DNA of 63,018 nucleotides, filler included, from Platydemus manokwari (taxonomy: Eukaryota), in assembly GCA_037951405.1 (NCBI GenBank). It is 5 parts of 5 records of this genome, joined end to end, with 100 filler letters (N's around TTAATTAATTAA, not from the genome) between each part and the next. Parts side by side here need not be neighbours in the genome. Positions count along the whole stretch, not along the records: positions 11,241 to 22,285 come from JBBMOY010948862.1; positions 22,386 to 37,309 come from JBBMOY011371425.1; 3 more parts are not named here. The stretch is one strand, 5' to 3'. The translations under genes and the position numbers were made by a program. Below are positions 21,081-33,599 of the stretch, in pieces (position 1 is the first letter of the stretch; each line of letters starts with the position of its first letter). The notes under the pieces were generated by a model. The model was not told the origin of the DNA. It did not search any database and saw nothing but the letters and a program-made list of their open reading frames with translations.

Positions 21081-21393
21081 TAATGTCGTGTTTACATTTT
21101 TTGTGTTGCAACCCACTGTACGAGTCCAAGTTTTTTCGCGACTTCTAGGGAATAAAATAAAAATAATTAAGCAAAAATATTTAATGATAACAACGATTTT
21201 GCATATTCTGGCATAAAGCATCAAATATTGGCTTTATTTCGGTGATGGGTTGTCTCACTACTAATTCAAAATCTTTAAAATCATTTTGTCTTAATATAAG
21301 TCAATGTCGAAAATGAAATTTCTCTATCATTCTCAAAAAAAGTTTTCACTACCAACTGATGGTCGCGCGGCCCACCCCTATTGAAAAACAGTG
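21081..21393 (-). mobile_element. Non-autonomous hAT MITE, copy 2 (inverted relative to copy 1)
   Basis: tttgtgttgc..acgagtccaa..tttttcgcgac..ctaggga..ttgcatattctg..gtcttaatataagtca.tgtcgaaaatgaaatttctc is the reverse complement of the 1703-1985 element. It ends in the TIR-like ttgaaaaacagtg. Confidence 0.7.
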
Positions 21394-22285
21394 ATATAAA
21401 TCATATCTTTTTAAACGGCAAAAATCAATAGCCAAGAATTTGGAAAATTTTCCAGCTTGTTTCTCACGCCAAAACAATATCAAAAATGAAATTTTTCGAT
21501 TAGTTACAGAAATATTAAAATTCTCATTTCATTTTAATCCTAAATCATTATCGTATCGTTTAAAATTAAATTGGGATATTTATTTTTGAAATAGGAAATT
21601 ATTGATTGAAATGATTTTACATAACTCGATTGAATGCACATTTTGTTTTCCCGGTGTTTGAGTATTGATTGAAACGTAGATATTGCGGTGAAATTATTTA
21701 TTATAATTTTTATAGAATTTTCAAACAAAAATTAATCATTGATTAAATGAAATCATTTTTCATTTTTAACTGGTTTTAATTTTTTTAATTTTCGTATATC
21801 AATTTATTATATATTTACTGCATCGGAAATATTTGTTGTGATGATTTGATAATAATTGAGTTGAAAAGTGAATTTTGTTTCGACAAATCGTATGTAAATA
21901 CGTTTGAATTTGGATCATGATGAGCCTTTTAAGATAAAAGCGTATACCCATGTACCAGATGTACCGTCTGTAACTATGATTTGGGTATTTGATTTCTCTG
22001 GTACCTGTTAAAAACAATCAATATATGAAAATTTTTGCTGATTATCAAACAATAACATTCAATTATATGAGCTGCCTAAATGATGAATGGCAATTTTGCA
22101 AGCCTACACTTATGTTAGCAAATTTTCCATGGTTTCCTAGATTATTATTATCATTTGAAATGAAATTATTGGAACAATGAAGAATAGATTTTTTGTTAGA
22201 ATTATTTCAATGGATTACAATATAAATAAATATATTGTATTAATTTCATTTATTATATATAGATTTTATAATAAATTATATAATA

Positions 22286-22385
22286 NNNNNNNNNNNNNNN
22301 NNNNNNNNNNNNNNNNNNNNNNNNNNNNNTTAATTAATTAANNNNNNNNNNNNNNNNNNNNNNNNNNNNNNNNNNNNNNNNNNNN
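22286..22385. other. Artificial contig spacer
   Basis: Same 100-nt N/TTAATTAATTAA/N design. Confidence 0.95.
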
Positions 22386-22937
22386 ATCGGACAACAAAAA
22401 TAATAAATAGCGCGCCTAAAATAACAATAATAGAAAAATAAATTTAATTTATATAGAATTTTGGAAATGCGTTTAAGTGAGCTAATAATATATAGAAATT
22501 CCAAAATTAATTCATTGGAATTTCTAAAAGTCTAAAATTAACAGAATTTATTTAATAGAAATAATAAAATAAAATTTTTGGGAAAAATAAAATAATTTTA
22601 ATTTTGAAGTTGGAAAATTAAAATATTTTAAATTTCTAAAGCGAATTTTCCACTTTTAAAATACTATAAATAGGCACCTAAAATCATTAATTTTCGCTCA
22701 CATAAACTTAAACACAAATATCTGAATACAAGAATTTGAAGCGCGAAATACCAGAAATTCTAAAAGTAGAAAGAGGAATTGAAGAAAACGGAAATTCTAA
22801 GTCATCAAGCTGCTGATAACTGTATTAATTTCTAGAAGACGTATCCATAAATTACTGAAAGCGCACAGGCTTCAACTTAAAATCAATTGGCAATATTGGA
22901 TTCCATATCAGTATGGAATTAATTCGAAGGTGCGACA
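22386..22937 (+). mobile_element. Candidate (5'-truncated) LTR
   Basis: TATA box ctataaatagg at ~22664, several related aattctaa/tttctaaa/tctagaa motifs, and an end in ...tgcgaCA. It begins at a contig edge. No second copy or TSD is visible. Confidence 0.25.
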
Positions 22938-24899
22938 TTTGAGAAAAAGTCAATAGTTACATTTTAAAATCTATATTTATTTAAAATATTAATATATAGG
23001 TTGATTCTACGAATTCGAATTAACCACTCCCGAACCTTAAATTGTTTGAGTTAAATTTATTTTGATGTAATATAATTAATTTGTTTGTTGGTCCGAATTA
23101 CTAATTGATTAATTATTGGTAATTGTAATTTACTGAAACTTTTTGTAACATTGTTTTGAGTTCAATAGAGGAATTTTCTCATTAAAACCGTCTTCGTTTT
23201 GATTTATTGATTAACAGTTTTGATTTTTAATTAGTAGTTAAAGGTATTATAGTTTATAGTATAATAGACTGATAATCGAGAGGTTTGATTTGAATTTAAA
23301 TCAGATCAATCTTAAGAACTCACCGGTGTTGGGAATACAAACATATAGGTACCAAAACCCAAAACTTGCAGTTTTAAGCAAATATTATGGTCCAAGGTGT
23401 GCAGAAAATACCTTTTAGTATTATTCAGTCTTTGTAAGCTGCCATGAACTTGAATTTAGTAAATTCATTTGATAGATTTTTCTCACTGAAAAGTAAAGGG
23501 GAAAAAATTAACTGATTTGGTATAAAAGTCATTATCTGAATTATTATTAGCTGAATTAACACAGAATACATAAATTGTTACATTTGGTAAGACTATGTGA
23601 ACCAACTCCAGACAGCTTAAGAGAATTAACGCCTATTGGAAGTCGATTAATCCCAAAAAATAAGAGTTTTAGTTTTATTGTGGTCTTTTATTCTGTAATT
23701 TTTTTAGTTTTTTACTTCTACTTGTACTAAATTTAATTTTTGAATATTACAGTATCTTACTTAAACATATCCAATGTAATAAGTAATTTCTCTCAAAGCT
23801 ATTGTTAGTAATCATAGTGGAACATTAAGTAGAATTATTTGCAAGTGGTAATTCCGAACGACATCTAGTTATCTTTAGTCACATAGTCACTTAACATTCA
23901 TTCGTTTAAAGTCTGACAGGTAGTTTTCACACTAAGAATTAAAAACATACCAGCTGTTTTAAGGTAATAATAGTACCTAACAGGCATAAAACAAGTATAT
24001 GACTATTATTTCTGAGACCCATTCAGATTCGTACTAGATTACAAGATTACGAATTACTTCTGATGGTCTGGTTTTCTTTTTCTCTTTATACTTGACCGAC
24101 TTTGTGGATTAATTCCGATAAGTTTTAAAATGAAAATTCATGTATTTGAAAAGATCATCACGTCCTATTCTACACATACTGAATCCGTTAGTAGTTCAGA
24201 TTTCTTTCTTTGCTATTTTTTATCATCGACAAATAATTCGGTTAAAAATATCATTATTCTTCGCTCTACTTCAAACTAATTTTATGTGCTTTCTTAAAGT
24301 TTAAGTAAGTGCTGTAATCTGTGCATTTTCACAGTTCTCTTCTTTATGACTGTTTTAAACTTCATACTTAATCATATTGTTTACTTTTGTATTTTATAGT
24401 AATATAGCTCATTGTATTTTATGATAATGAAGATTATGGTGTTTATTGTGTCTTTCGACTCGATATAATGTCAGCTTGGATTCAACATATTTGTTTGTTT
24501 TATCTGCATAAATTCTGCGTAACGTAATCATTAAAGTTGCATTCATTATAATATTGATAATCTTATAATGTCCTCAAACCATGAAGGAGTATTTCTATGC
24601 ACATACTTCATACAAACGAAACTGCATTTCTATATCATTTAGATATTTCTGACAGTTAATTTCTCGAAAATATTCTTTATTTATAATTTGAAGATGAATA
24701 ATTTTAGATCAACAGAAATTATTGACTACGTCACTTTGATTAATGTGTTACTAGTAACATGAGCCAACTCAGCATGAATGTAACTATGGATATGTTGTTT
24801 TTGATTCAGAATTTTTTCAAAGACCACTATCTGAGCATCAGAGAAATTCTTTCACCTTTCATTCTCAAAGTAGCTAATATGGAAGATTTTGTTAGAAAT

Positions 24900-26300
24900 A
24901 ACGACCTTTAGAACATCACAACCCTTGTTTTGATTCTTCACACATATACGTGTCCACATAACCAATCAAAAGCTACAGAACGATTATTTCAATTTACTTA
25001 AATAAATGACTACATACTAAATATGTACACGATAAATCACTTATAAATGTTTAAAACAAATAAATAGTGTAAGTTACTTTTCGTTCAAAGATTTAAAAGA
25101 ATTTCCGTCAGAATTGGACAATGATTATGTTATTATAATGTAAAAGTACCTTGTCAATTACTCTAAATGATTGCCAGAATACAATGTTTATTATCAATTT
25201 AAATTTTTCTCGAATTAGTTGGATATTTATATTCCGATGCGATAAGTTTTACAATTGATTTCTGGACCCTTTTTTGAAGTGTATCTTTTATTCATGCCAT
25301 TTTTATAATTGCATATTTCCTTTATTTTATTCTATTTGGTATTATTAGGTTATTATTAATACTTTTATTATCTTATTACTTTCTGTAGTTACTATGTTTG
25401 GAAACTAGTTTATTTTATTCCTATTTTATATTTACTTTATTCTATTTTTAGTGTAGGATAATTTCTATTTTTAAATGAATTAATATTATCCTGTATTCTA
25501 AAATAATTTTGAATGTATTCATTATCATTTGTTTATTACAGGATTTTAGTCAACAATATATAAATAAGATTGCAAATATGGTCAATTACTTGTTGGAATC
25601 AAGTTTTAGTGAAGTGTATCTTACATATGAGCGGAGAGGACAATGGTCTAACAATTGTCTCTTAACCCGAAAGTTCCATTGAAGGAATCTTACAATTAAA
25701 TAGATGGAAGGACATAATTCAGTGATAATCCATAAAGGAATACCTATCTGATAAATTGATTGAGAGAAGACATTCGTTGCGTAATCAAGTAGAAATTCTT
25801 TTCGAAAGCTCAAAGAGTATAGAAAGTAGTTAGAGATTTCCAATACCATGTGTCATCATTGATAGAAAAGGTATTTGAATTAAAAGCATCATGACAAAAG
25901 CAGTCACCGAAAATAAATTCCTAAAAGCAGTGCGCCATCAAATATACTCATCGAAGAATTAATAGGAGGCCAGATACAATATGTTGTCTTCATTAAAAAG
26001 AAAAGCATCATAACCAAAATGAAGCTACCGAGCTATGAAAATTTGCTGAGTCTTGATCATTAGAGACCCCACAATTAATACTATTGTTGAGTGAGATGAA
26101 ATTCCTCAAAAAAAACGAAATTGCACCTTGGAACCCTTGTTTTGGCACTTTGAAAATTTGCATGCCTACACGACTATACAGGCATGCCAATCGGCCGATC
26201 ACAGTGAAGCTAGATAGTAAATTACAATCGGGGAAAAGGGCATAACTACACAAAACACACATCTAGGGATTAACCAATTCCATTCATGTAAAAACCTAAA
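24900..26300 (+). mobile_element. Possible further gypsy-type integrase remnants
   Basis: Two short eroded motifs, TCPHNQSKATERLF (~24950-24990) and HHNQNEATEL (~26005-26035), resemble PYHxQSNGxxERxF. The surrounding sequence is stop-ridden. Confidence 0.3.
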
Positions 26301-28043
26301 GACCCAATAGGAACACAAAAAGACAGACATCAAATAAAATTGTAGTACATCTTGACACAGAGAAATACAGACAGATCGTGAGTATAAAAAGCAATATAAA
26401 GATGGACAAGTACCAGTTGGAAGCCAGATTTGGGTGAAAATACTGTACTTGTGTTTTGATTATTGTGGTTGTACATCAGTTATTGTAATTGTGTATATTA
26501 ATATACATTAATTGAGAGTCAGAAGATTGTTATTCATTTATACCCTAACACTATGAAAAAAAACTGTGAAAAATTTATGTTCTTCGTGAAAGGATTTATT
26601 GGATTAATTTTATTATATCATGTTTTTCAAGATAGAAAAACGAGACGTTTATTAAGTTTAATAATGGTCTTTAAAAACTGGGTTTATGGAATTCGAATTT
26701 GGAAGTATACGAGACAAATATTTTGCTACAATACAATCATTGCGTCGTTAAATTGAAATATATTTTAGAAATTGGTAATGGTTTGATATATGCCCCATTA
26801 TTAAGGAAACTTATAACATCTTTAACTCTGAAATAAATTTTACTGAAACTGTGCTCACTGCCTAATCTTTAAGCCATTGTTATAATTTAATGTCTAAAGC
26901 AAAAGAATATTTTATATATTATTTTTACTAATATAGTCGTTTATGATTTTATAAAATAACATTTTGATGGTGTGTGGGCATGTTTTAGCCAAAGATGACC
27001 GACAATGGTTGAAATATAAAAATACTATTAATTGTTGATAAATAGGAACACAAAAACAAGGGTCGGATCCAATATATTTACTTAATCAACTAAGAATAGA
27101 AAATTAACTTAACCAATCCATTAAAATTACAAGTTGTGTCAAGCGATTGTGTCGGTTACCATTAATACCCAGTTTAACACAGGATAATGGAAGAAACAAA
27201 ACAGATTTTAGTTCTAACATCTTACTTACTCAGCTTGCTTGAACCAAATTCCTATCAAAATCCATAAGGCAATGATTGTCACTGACTCAAATTAACTAAC
27301 TATTGCTAATCTCCATACAAAACCGTTACTATCAGAAATATGTTGATAGAGATGTCGATACTGGATATAAAATAGCCTTGAATAAATGTTTCCTCCAGTG
27401 AATTGCAAATTCTTTTCCGAAGATGTGGTAGTTCGTGTTTGTGGAGTTTGTAGTAAGAAGTGTGTTGGTGGGTTATTCATCTAGGATCATTGGCCATACA
27501 TATTCTACATTTTTCCAGAAGAGGTATGATCGATCAGACCAGACTATTTTCTATCAATTTTTTGTTTTAATGATGATTTTATTAATTATTACTGATCTCA
27601 ATTAATTATTATTATTATCAATTTATATTTCTTCATCACTATTTATTTCACCAATGACCTTAAAATGTCCAGACAATAAAAAATTGAAAGACATAATTTA
27701 TACATTTTCCATGATATACTGATTCACAATAATTTATTTGCAATATAGATCGATTTTAATTAAATATTATGAATTATAATAATTATTATTATATTATAAT
27801 AGCTATTGAATATAACATTATTATTTGTTTATTGTTTGAATTTACTGCAACTCGGGATTAAGATTTCCGAGTTGCAAAACATGTATGGAAGATTGTTGAA
27901 TAAAATTATAAACAGCACAGTTGTTAATTAAAAGATCTGAAGTATTTTAGCTTAACATTTGTCGGAAACCATAAAATCAATTATTAAATCTAACTCTAAT
28001 AACATTTATTTTATGAAACTTGGTAAGAACTTGGAAAATTGAA

Positions 28044-28663
28044 GACACATCATACGACCGAATGAAGAAACCTTCAAAACATTTGAAATGGAAATACAAC
28101 ACGGATTAACATTTATTCTTATTCCGTTAATATCGTAATTTAACCGCAGGTTATCCAAATAAATACTATATATAATGTTTTCTTATGAATAGTCACTAGG
28201 TGTTCCTGCAACTTCAAAGTATTTTAATGCTATCATAAAATATACTAATACAGAAAAATTATTAATAACAGTACATTATCCTAAAATTAACTTCGAGAGA
28301 AACAATACAAATATCCACCATTTAAAATAACAACCAATCAAAATCGACACATCTTACGACTGAACGAAGAAAATTTCAAAAGATTTGAAAAGGAAATAAA
28401 AAACCGGATTACCAAAACGCGATGTTTCGATTTATTCTTATTCTTCTGGTATCATATTTTAACAACATGCTATTCAAATAAATACTATAGATAATGTTTT
28501 CTTCTAATGAATAGTCACTTGGTGTTCCCGTAACTTCAAATTATTTTAATGTTGCCATAAAATACTGATATGCACAAATTATTAATACAAATTCCTAAAA
28601 TTAACTTCGAGAAAATAATACAAATATCCACCAATCAGAATAACAGCCAATCAAAATCGACAC
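28044..28663. repeat. Diverged tandem duplication, two units of ~302 and ~313 bp
   Basis: Units start at 28044 and 28346 (gacacatc.tacgac.gaa.gaagaaa) and share atgaatagtcact.ggtgttcc, cctaaaattaacttcgaga, tacaaatatccacca and ccaatcaaaatcgacac. Confidence 0.9.
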
Positions 28664-28747
28664 AAGCATTCATTTAATACAAATCTATTCAAAATAAATC
28701 ACGATGAAACTCGTTTAAATAAAATACAAAAAATAAAAAATCAATAT

Positions 28748-30251
28748 TTATTGTCTTCCTCTTTTGCAAATTTTGGATCTCAAAGCTCCTAAACTAATCG
28801 ATATAGATTCCTCCGTCCTAATGGTTCTTGTTGTCTGTGATGGACAAGTGTTCAAATAAGCTTTGAAAACATTTTTCGGTTTGGCATCTTTGGGCAAATC
28901 TCTATCAACACTGATAGCGTGCTCGAGACCATCTTTACCACCAAAAACCATCAACAAATGCCTACAGCAAATACCAACAAGATCAATAACAGCAACATAA
29001 TAACAAGCACAAACTGACATGAATTTCGGTAAATCATAATTGTCACCATTGGTACCCTTCTCTGATGTTCCAATTATTAAATCATATTTGCAATCAGATG
29101 GATTCTCCCCACATTTGTCGTTGAAGCCACACGTCCGCTTCTGTACTCCCGAGATTTGATTGGCCATACGAACACGATATCCCCAGTAAGCACCCATCTT
29201 AATACGAGGAGTGTCTCGATTAACGACTTCACAGATTGAACTTCCGTATTTAACAGTGATTCGTGAATCGACTTCCTGAGGAATATCAATTCGCACCAAA
29301 TCTGCCAATCCTATATCGACAAGATTCGACTAAAAGTTGATATACCGTTATTGTCTTTATTTTAGCACACTTAATTACTTTCGAACACTTTTTATCGTCG
29401 GGATTCTCTAAAACAATACCTTCACGATATTGAAAATGATCAACTGATCTGAGATGGGATGGTATTGCGAGTGGTGGCAGTAAATTAACACTCGCCAAGC
29501 AAGAACATTGTGGGAAAAGACTTTTTCTGAGATACTGTAAACGATTATTTATTTTATATATTATCAGGCTAATGTCGGTTATTGAAAATATTTTTTTACA
29601 TAAAATTTCTATAAAATTCACTAAAAGAACAAACCTCTGGTGTGTCCATATATTTGAGTATGAATGCCATTAAGACACAAGGATTGAAATCATCTTCAAC
29701 GCTTAATAACTCCTGTATGCACTTTCCTTGGTCGATCTTAAAAAGAGGCATTGAAAGAAAATATTAAAAGCTTGTAAAACCTCAGTTGATCCGTCATCGT
29801 TAGTTTTTTCTGGTAAATTACCATCTTCGTCATAAACAACTATTTCATCAACACCGTATATTGCGGCAGCTCTAGCAATTTGAGCTATCATAAGACATTT
29901 ACATTCAAAATTGGGAGCATGGTCTAAAATAGATCCAGGGACAGCTATACTCACTGTATAACGTCGACCCTGAGCAACACCACAACAGTTATTAAAACCT
30001 TTCTTATATGAAGGTTTAATTTCTGTCTGAAAGTATGGTAAGTATAAGTAAGAAATATTTTTAATTTACATTTGTATTTTGAAGAAATTTTAATGCTCTC
30101 TCTTCTTGACGTGCTTTTCTCTGTTCAGAGTCACGGGTTTTCAATTTCTTTTTCGAAAGTTTCTTAAAAATAATTTAATATCATAATTAATATTGTCTAT
30201 ATAAATATATACTATTTCGGGTACTGGGGGTACGATTTCTTTAACCTTCAT
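28748..30251 (-). CDS. SPOUT1: SPOUT-domain methyltransferase SPOUT1/C9orf114 (CENP-32) homolog, ~375-386 aa
   Basis: Exons 30251-30213, 30162-30070, 30026-29781 (or 30022-29999 + 29969-29781), 29736-29635, 29534-29379, 29329-29019, 28961-28748. Motifs: YTVSIAVPGSILD, QIARAAAIYGVDEIVVYDE, TPEYLRKSLFP, YREGIV, GAYWGYRVR, YDLIIGTSEKG, HLLMVFGG..GLE, YLNTCPSQTTRTIRTEESISISL. The two 5'-most exons rest on splice signals and frame only. Confidence 0.92.
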
Positions 30252-32704
30252 TATGAATATTAAATATAATAGTGAATATTAAAACAAAATATTTTAAGAT
30301 AATTGAATTCATATTTTCAATCCAGCTTATTAAAAAAAATTTAAATTAAAAATTATTTTATTAAGTTACAATAAGAGTAGTGATAAACCTAAGTTTATCT
30401 TTTTAAGAAATGAGTACGTGGTATATTTAAAAACTTGTATTAATATAGAATATTCCGAAAATTAAATTTAAATTTGATTAAGATAATAATAATAATAGGT
30501 ACAGCAGCTTTACTTAAAATCAATAATCAAATTTGATTTAATTTTTTTATTTCTCACTTTTTTGTGTTTCTACTATCGTAACATTACTTTTGTAGTAAAG
30601 TTGATTACTTATATCTATTTTTTATTTCTAGTTTAATTATTTTTATTTTATTTATGTTTAATTTTATCTTGATTTCGGATTGGAATGATCAATGTCTGTA
30701 TAATAGGGCATGTATGCCTACAATTAGTTAATGTAAAGTTGAATTAACAGGAAATTAGCGAAGAAACGCCGCATGAACATTGGTGTAAATAGTTTCTTAT
30801 AAACAATTACTTATGCTGGTGTTTTGTGGTATAGATGATGGATTATACAATAAAAAGTCGTATACTTGTGAGTAAAACAACATTGTGTATTCAACAGTAA
30901 GATTTAGTTATTAAAGCAATACAGCAACTCGAAAATAACTTAACAAAAACAATTGTTCCAAAATTCAGGGTATGACTACGGGTTACATCGGGTAGTGTAA
31001 AATTATCACTTAGTAAACATGAAAGCGAATTATTTAATTAAATAATTAATTAATTATAAATAAAATATACTGATACTTAAATTACTCACCAAATTCAAAT
31101 AGATATTACAAAAAAGGTTTTCATTAGTTAACGTCCTAAGTATCTAAATTAAATTGTTATGTCGCTGATCCATGAGCTATCTATATTTATTTCTAAATAA
31201 AACAATAAATAAATCACATAGATATGGCTGCGATAAAGTTGTAAACTGCCAGTAAGTTCCGTTTTGGTTTGCTATCAATGCTTTCTGTGGGTATTCTGTA
31301 CTTTGTCAATTTTCTTTTTATACCCCAATTTACATATCTCTAATTGTGACTTTTTTGACGTTTATTTCCGTCGAATTAACTTTTATTGCTACTTAATTAA
31401 AATTATTTTTTCCCTTAACTGCATTAATATCTTACTTCTTCGAAATTAACTATCATTTTTAACTAATAATTAACTCGATAGTTAACATTCTACCTGATTT
31501 GACTTTCTGATTATTTATTATCTCATTATATTTATTATTACTTATTCTGTTTTATTTGTTATTAATTATTATTCCATTAAGTATTCTATTTTTGACAATC
31601 TGATTTACAACAGCACTTATAATTGCAAACATTACAATAAATTATAATCATTAAATATGTTTCGAGAAGAACTACATCAATGACAATAATTATTTCATTT
31701 ATTAATGATCACCTTATCACTAATTTTTGTCACAACAGCAACATTTATAATTGATTATACACCAATTATCAACAGTATTTGTCATCATTAGTTTACTTTT
31801 TAAGCAAGTTTTGCATTTGCTGTATTATTTGAATTGAAATTGGTTTTTATAGCCACAATTACCCATTGTTGAGATTTAGAAATTCTATACATGATATAAA
31901 TCGACAATGATATCTCGAACACCTCATTTATTTAATATTAAATCTTCTTTATTTTCTTCTGATAAATCGCATTTTATAATTATTACTGGCTAAAGACTCA
32001 TAATAATCAAAATTAACAATTACTGCTTCCATCATTGCTATTGATTTTTACTTTACACTTCCAATAATTTCAAATTAGATATTGCATCTAAAATTCAAAA
32101 TTAGATAAATAAACATCATTAATGCATCCCAAAACCAGTGCAAATAATTTTCATTCAATCTAGTTTACTTAGTTTTACAAATCAATTACTTGATTTCTAC
32201 CAGAGATAAAATTTACAGAGCTTTTAATAATAATTTTAATGAACATGGAATGTATCAATCAATAAATAAAATTGCACTCCAAATATTAATATATTTTGCA
32301 GTTTTATTTCCAGTTCTACATTACTCGTTAGAACGTTGAAATTTAAAATTCTAGACCAAAACAATTAATTTATTTATTTTATATTGAGATAAATATATAT
32401 TAGTCGTCATGATATTTTCGATTATTATAAAAAAAATATTTAACGTTTAAATTTTTCAAAACAATTTGAATTTTGGTAAATGCAATGCAATTGTATAAAT
32501 GATGTTTGTGAAGTGAGATAATGAAATATTAAAGAAAAGAGACCTTGTTATTTGATACATCTTACTAACAGACTGGAATTTATGCTTTTATAATCTATTA
32601 TTTCTGTTGGGGTTTCAAGAAAGTAACTAACAATAACAATAACAATATTGTGTATTATAGTGATACTATTAAATGTATAAAAGTATAATATTTGATATCG
32701 ATGC

Positions 32705-32970
32705 ATATTGTAGTAATTTTTATAATTTGGTTGTAATTGATTTTGTAACGATTTTTAGCTGTTGGAAAATGTAGCGTTTATCGACACCTAAAGTTAATAA
32801 AATTTTTATGATTATGCTAAATATCGGAACCTAGTTGCTATTGCATGAAGCAACTATTTTATTTTTTTTATTTTTTATTTTTACCGCATTGTAGCGATTT
32901 AGTTTTAATTTTCCTTCACACTGTAGTGAATTTATGTAGCAATTTTTATAATCGCACTGTAGCGATATTT
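32705..32970. repeat. Degenerate array of 16-bp hairpin motif (ATCGCACTGTAGCGAT-like)
   Basis: accgcattgtagcgat 32883, ttcacactgtagtgaa 32915, atcgcactgtagcgat 32951, plus partial tgtag/tgtaacg copies at ~32709, 32744, 32770 and 32935. Confidence 0.65.
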
Positions 32971-33599
32971 TTATGACGGCACTTCTGAGAGAAAAATAAA
33001 TATATTAATTATTGTGTAATAATCTATATTACAGTATTTATGTCAAAATAAAACATATTTTATATATAGATGAGTTTAATGCCAACGAAAACAATAGCGG
33101 AAAGATAATGGGAATTTTATAAATGAGGGATATTTTTCTAAAAAATGTAACCAAATATTTTATTCAAACCGTATAAATAGGAGTTGTAATCATTACAACT
33201 CACCCGTTATTCCGAAACCACTAAGCCCTTGCTGCCTATCGTACTATCTCAATATAGTATTGATAGCGAGGTGAAGAAAGAAGAATATAAGATAAGGTTT
33301 GATTGATATACCTTAAGGGGTTGGTCAGAGCTCACAGAGACTGATCAAGTCGGCATTGATCCACAATAGATAGTAAAATACAGAGACGGATAATAAAAAT
33401 AAACCAGGCAACCTCAAAAATCCAACATTTCTCCGATTAATATTTTGCTATACATCATAATTTATATGCTATATATAGACTGTACTCTTTTTTTCAGTAT
33501 ATCTGGACACATCTTGGTAGCCATCATCCGATATTTGTGCTCTACATTTGCCTTTCTATGTCCTTTGGTACATCTTTGTTACTACTTTAAAGTAAAAAC

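Noticed and set aside
32705-32970. CRISPR-like interpretation of hairpin repeats with spacers
   Set aside because: Repeats are only 16 nt and degenerate, spacers are low-complexity, there are no cas genes, and the context is eukaryotic.
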